NCBI GenBank assembly: GCA_034190465.1
Contig: JAXINV010000003.1
Coordinates: forward strand, 99,708-137,665
Reading direction: 5' to 3'
Length of the DNA stretch: 37,958 bases
DNA from: Candidatus Asbonarchaeum danakilense
GTDB lineage: Archaea; Nanohalarchaeota; Nanosalinia; Nanosalinales; Nanoanaerosalinaceae
Every line of letters starts with the position of its first letter. Positions within the stretch are counted from its first letter, which is position 1. Of this stretch, positions 34,923-37,958 are shown piece by piece. A program made the translations under genes and the position numbers. A model generated the notes under the pieces. It was not told the origin of the DNA. It was given only the letters and a program-made list of their open reading frames with translations, and did no database searches.

Positions 34923-35401
34923 GTGCGGAGCTGGCACTGCTCAGGTCGATCGTCGTCGACGGACCGCTCGCCACAGCGGCCGTCCAGGGCATCACCGCGC
35001 TCGGCTCGTTCTTCGTACTTACCGCCCTCGCTGCCAGCAGCTACGCCATCGGCCAGCGCAGGACAGCTGTATCGCTCGGGATAGGTCTCGGGGCGACCGC
35101 GGCCGTCGTCTACGCCGCCAAGTTCGTGGTCGGGCGGACGAGGCCGCCAGTTGCCGTGGTCGAGACCGTGACCCCTGCGTTCCCGTCCGGCCATGCTGCC
35201 CTCGCGTTCGCGGCCGCCGCCGTGCTCGGCGACCGGTTCCCCGGGCAGCGGGCATGGTTCCTCGGGCTGGCGACGCTGGTCGCGGTGTCACGGCTGGTGC
35301 TGGGTGTGCACTACCCGACCGATGTGGTCGCCGGCGCTGGCATCGGCTACGGGATCGGCTGGATCGTCGTCGAGAACGAGCACGTCATGCGGCGGTCCTG
35401 A
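34919..35401 (+). CDS. PAP2 family phosphatase
   Basis: KxxxxRxRP, FPSGH, SRLVLGVHYPTDV. Confidence 0.92.
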   Translation: MSAELALLRSIVVDGPLATAAVQGITALGSFFVLTALAASSYAIGQRRTAVSLGIGLGATAAVVYAAKFVVGRTRPPVAVVETVTPAFPSGHAALAFAAAAVLGDRFPGQRAWFLGLATLVAVSRLVLGVHYPTDVVAGAGIGYGIGWIVVENEHVMRRS

Positions 35402-35915
35402 ACCGTTCAACCCAGCTGTATCCCTCCCGTTCGGCGACCAGCCGGGATGGGAAGTCCTCCACCAGGTCGTTGTACTCCTCCGCGAGGTCGTTGTACTGCT
35501 GGATGGCCTCGTGCCGCTGGTACCGTTTCTCCGCGATCCTGTCCAGCGTCGACTGGAACTCGGTGTCGTCCCGGAGCTCAGGGTAGTCCTGCACGGATTC
35601 CAGGAACCCTATCTCCAGTTCCAGCAGCCGTTCACGGGTCTCGGCCAGGTCGGAGAACGTGTCGCCGACGTCGGGTGAGAGCTCGCCGAGCCGGTCCAGC
35701 TCGTCGCGCTGGTGCTGCATGTAGCCTTCCGCGATGTCGGTCAGGTCGTCCAGCAGCCGGTACTCCTCGCCGAGCTCCTGTCTGACCCGGGAGAGCCCCT
35801 GCTGGAGCTCGTCCATCATGCTGTCGAGCTGCCTGGAGATGTACCAGTAGTAGCCCACCACGGCCAGCCCGGCGAGCACGATGAGGAGCAGCGGGATAGC
35901 CAGCAGCCAGAGCAT
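35385..35915 (-). CDS. LemA family protein
   Basis: N-terminal TM, helical body, YPEL and YN...YN.LVEDFPSRLVA. Confidence 0.8.
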   Translation of the reverse strand: MLWLLAIPLLLIVLAGLAVVGYYWYISRQLDSMMDELQQGLSRVRQELGEEYRLLDDLTDIAEGYMQHQRDELDRLGELSPDVGDTFSDLAETRERLLELEIGFLESVQDYPELRDDTEFQSTLDRIAEKRYQRHEAIQQYNDLAEEYNDLVEDFPSRLVAEREGYSWVERFRTAA

Positions 35916-36028
35916 GGGGAAGTCTTGGCGGCACTGGCATAAAAACCTTCACCGGGGCCCGCTCCCGCGGTCGCCGGCCGTCACCACCCGGGAGATACAA
36001 AAAGGTGGCGGCCGCTCGTGTGGACAGG

Positions 36029-36604
36029 ATGACGGACGACAGCTGCCTGCTCGCGACCCACATCGACCCCGCGTGGCGCACACCGGCGGGCTACCAGGCC
36101 GACCTGCAGAAGTACGTGGCAGAGCACGACCACGACAGCTTCGTCTACGTCAGCAACCAGCAGTGGAACGACGGCGACTGGGCCTACAAAGCCGACGAGG
36201 TCATCGCCTCGGAGGGCGGACGGCTGCCTGACGACGAACGCGACCGGCTGCTGGACGAACATACTTCTTTCGACCACATCGGCGCCTACCACGAGCAGTG
36301 CCACGCCGCGACATGGGAGGACCTGGTACAGGGCATCTACGACCAGGCCCGCGGGGCGACCTACGAGGTCACGTTCCCCGCCGAGCTGGTGACAGGCTCC
36401 GACGAGCGGCTGGCGGACACGATGACCACGGAGCAGCCGGGATCGAACCCGCTGTTCACGGAACGGGAGCTCGACGCGGCGGAGGCCAGCGCGGCGATGG
36501 TGGAGTACGAGGCGATAGCGGCGTTCAACGCAGAAAACGACGGCACATTCTCCTACGACGTGGATCCGGACGACCTGTCGATCACCTGGACGCTGCACGG
36601 CTGA
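36029..36604 (+). CDS. Hypothetical protein, possibly a divergent cysteine hydrolase (isochorismatase fold)
   Basis: LLATHID...IGAYHEQCHAAT...YEVTFPAELV resembles the family core. Confidence 0.6.
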   Translation: MTDDSCLLATHIDPAWRTPAGYQADLQKYVAEHDHDSFVYVSNQQWNDGDWAYKADEVIASEGGRLPDDERDRLLDEHTSFDHIGAYHEQCHAATWEDLVQGIYDQARGATYEVTFPAELVTGSDERLADTMTTEQPGSNPLFTERELDAAEASAAMVEYEAIAAFNAENDGTFSYDVDPDDLSITWTLHG

Positions 36605-36666
36605 CAGGCGGATCTTTCCTGTGACCGACCGACGGCTTTTTACGGTTCAACCGGCGATACTGGGAC

Positions 36667-37958
36667 ATGGAGCTCGGGGAAGAGGAGAAGGAACGCATCA
36701 GGCGGTACTACCAGCGGGACGAGATCGTGGAGGAGATGGTCCGGCTGGCGCAGTACCGGGAGTTCGCCCCGACCTACCCGCAGGGCTACGGCTCCCGACC
36801 TGACTCGGTCAACTTCCCCGGCGACTTCCGCTCGTTCATCGACAGGGGCGCGATCGCGTTCCACGGCTCGGTGGAGCGGTGGCGGAACCCGCTGCTGATC
36901 GACCGGACCGACCACGACAAGCTCCGGACCGGCTGGGACCTGGTCATCGACATCGACGCCGACGACGGGATGGAATACGCGAAGGAGGCGGCCAACGGCA
37001 TCGTCGACGAGCTGGAACGCCACGGACTGCCACGCGACTGCATCTCTGTCAAGTTCTCCGGCAACCGCGGGTTCCACGTCGGTGTCCGCGGCGAATGCTT
37101 CCCTGAACGGATCGGCGGCACGGAGATCGCGGAGCTGTACCCGAAGCTGCCGCAGGCGATCGTCGGCTATCTCAGGACCCGGCTGCACGACAGGCTGGCG
37201 GAGGCGTTCCGCGAGATCGATCCCCGCAAGGAGGACGTGATCTCGGAGGAGGGACCGTACGAGGTCGCTGACATCGAGAACGACTGGGGCCAGCGCCACC
37301 TGTTCCGGATGCCGTACTCGGTCAACGAGAAGACGATCGGCGGGGAGCACGGCACGCTGGTCTCGCTGCCGATCGCGCTGGACGACATCGACTCGTTCGA
37401 GAAGCCGGACGCCCGGATGCTGGACGTTGAGGTGGAGCACCGGTTCCTGGACGAGTACGAGGAAGGCGTGGCGGCCGACCTGGCGGTGGAGGCGCTGGAC
37501 TGGCTGTCACGGCAGCGGATGCAGCAGGACGAGAAGAAGGCGACGAAGGACGGGGACTACGACATCCCGGACGAGGCGATGGACCGGGACCACTTCCCGG
37601 CACCGATCAAGCGGATCCTGCGCGGGCTGGAGGACGGCAGGAAGCGGGCATTGTTCATCCTGGCGACGTTCCTCCGCCACGTCGGCTACGACTGGGACGC
37701 GGTGGAGAAGGAGATCTGGGAGTGGAACGACCGGAACAAGGAACCGCTGCGGGACAACTACGTCAAGTCCCAGCTGCAGTGGCACCGGCGGCAGGACGAG
37801 CCGTTGATGCCGCCGAACTTCGACGCCAAGGGCTGGTACAAGGACATCGGTGTGATCGACGAGCAGGAAGACCGGCAGATGCTGGACAACTTCGACAACC
37901 CGGTGCCCTACGCCGGTGTGCTCCGCGACAAAGCCGAGAACCGGGACGACGAGTCAGG
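36667..37958 (+). CDS. priS: Fused DNA primase PriS-PriL (DPANN type), partial at window end; absent from ORF track
   Basis: My translation: REF, RPD, WDLVIDID, KFSGNRGFH, RHLFRMPYS (PriS), then FPAPIK..GLEDGRKRALF, WN..N.EPL, PPN, NPVPY (PriL C-terminal domain); no stop before 37958. Confidence 0.93.
   Translation, partial: MELGEEEKERIRRYYQRDEIVEEMVRLAQYREFAPTYPQGYGSRPDSVNFPGDFRSFIDRGAIAFHGSVERWRNPLLIDRTDHDKLRTGWDLVIDIDADDGMEYAKEAANGIVDELERHGLPRDCISVKFSGNRGFHVGVRGECFPERIGGTEIAELYPKLPQAIVGYLRTRLHDRLAEAFREIDPRKEDVISEEGPYEVADIENDWGQRHLFRMPYSVNEKTIGGEHGTLVSLPIALDDIDSFEKPDARMLDVEVEHRFLDEYEEGVAADLAVEALDWLSRQRMQQDEKKATKDGDYDIPDEAMDRDHFPAPIKRILRGLEDGRKRALFILATFLRHVGYDWDAVEKEIWEWNDRNKEPLRDNYVKSQLQWHRRQDEPLMPPNFDAKGWYKDIGVIDEQEDRQMLDNFDNPVPYAGVLRDKAENRDDES

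Noticed and set aside
1..37958. CRISPR array, transposase, integrase, provirus or DGR
   Set aside because: No regularly spaced repeats and no recognisable mobile-element or reverse-transcriptase genes; the GT repeats are identical rather than adenine-variable

Overview
High-GC archaeal chromosomal segment encoding strongly acidic proteins, most consistent with a Nanohaloarchaeota (DPANN) genome. The evidence is a fused PriS-PriL primase, archaeal information-processing genes and a salt-in proteome. Layout: (1) 3' end of an intron-containing tRNA followed by a duplicated tRNA 3' end; (2) an accessory block (MaoC-like protein, VOC/esterase/2-hydroxyacid dehydrogenase, DEDD exonuclease, cupin, HAD, TrmB); (3) the conserved srp54-pus10-rpl21e-rpo4-DUF655-rsmA-hemK string, interrupted by a sulfatase-like + 3x GT4 + UPF0104 cluster and by pyrG; (4) a large sequon-rich surface protein; (5) trmJ, DUF1512, rpl10e, a catalytically degenerate PEP-synthase-like gene, METTL5, rpo11, DUF99, signal peptidase, TFS, TraB, an OB-fold protein, PCNA, PAP2, LemA and the primase, which runs off the window end. 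I found no CRISPR array, IS element or integrase. The best leads are: a candidate (sulfo)glycolipid-remodelling cluster; a release-factor methyltransferase with no canonical start, lying in frame behind the pyrG UGA; an intact PpsA pseudo-enzyme; and a fused primase whose PriL domain has no Fe-S cysteines. All functional calls come from reading motifs by eye; no database search was run.
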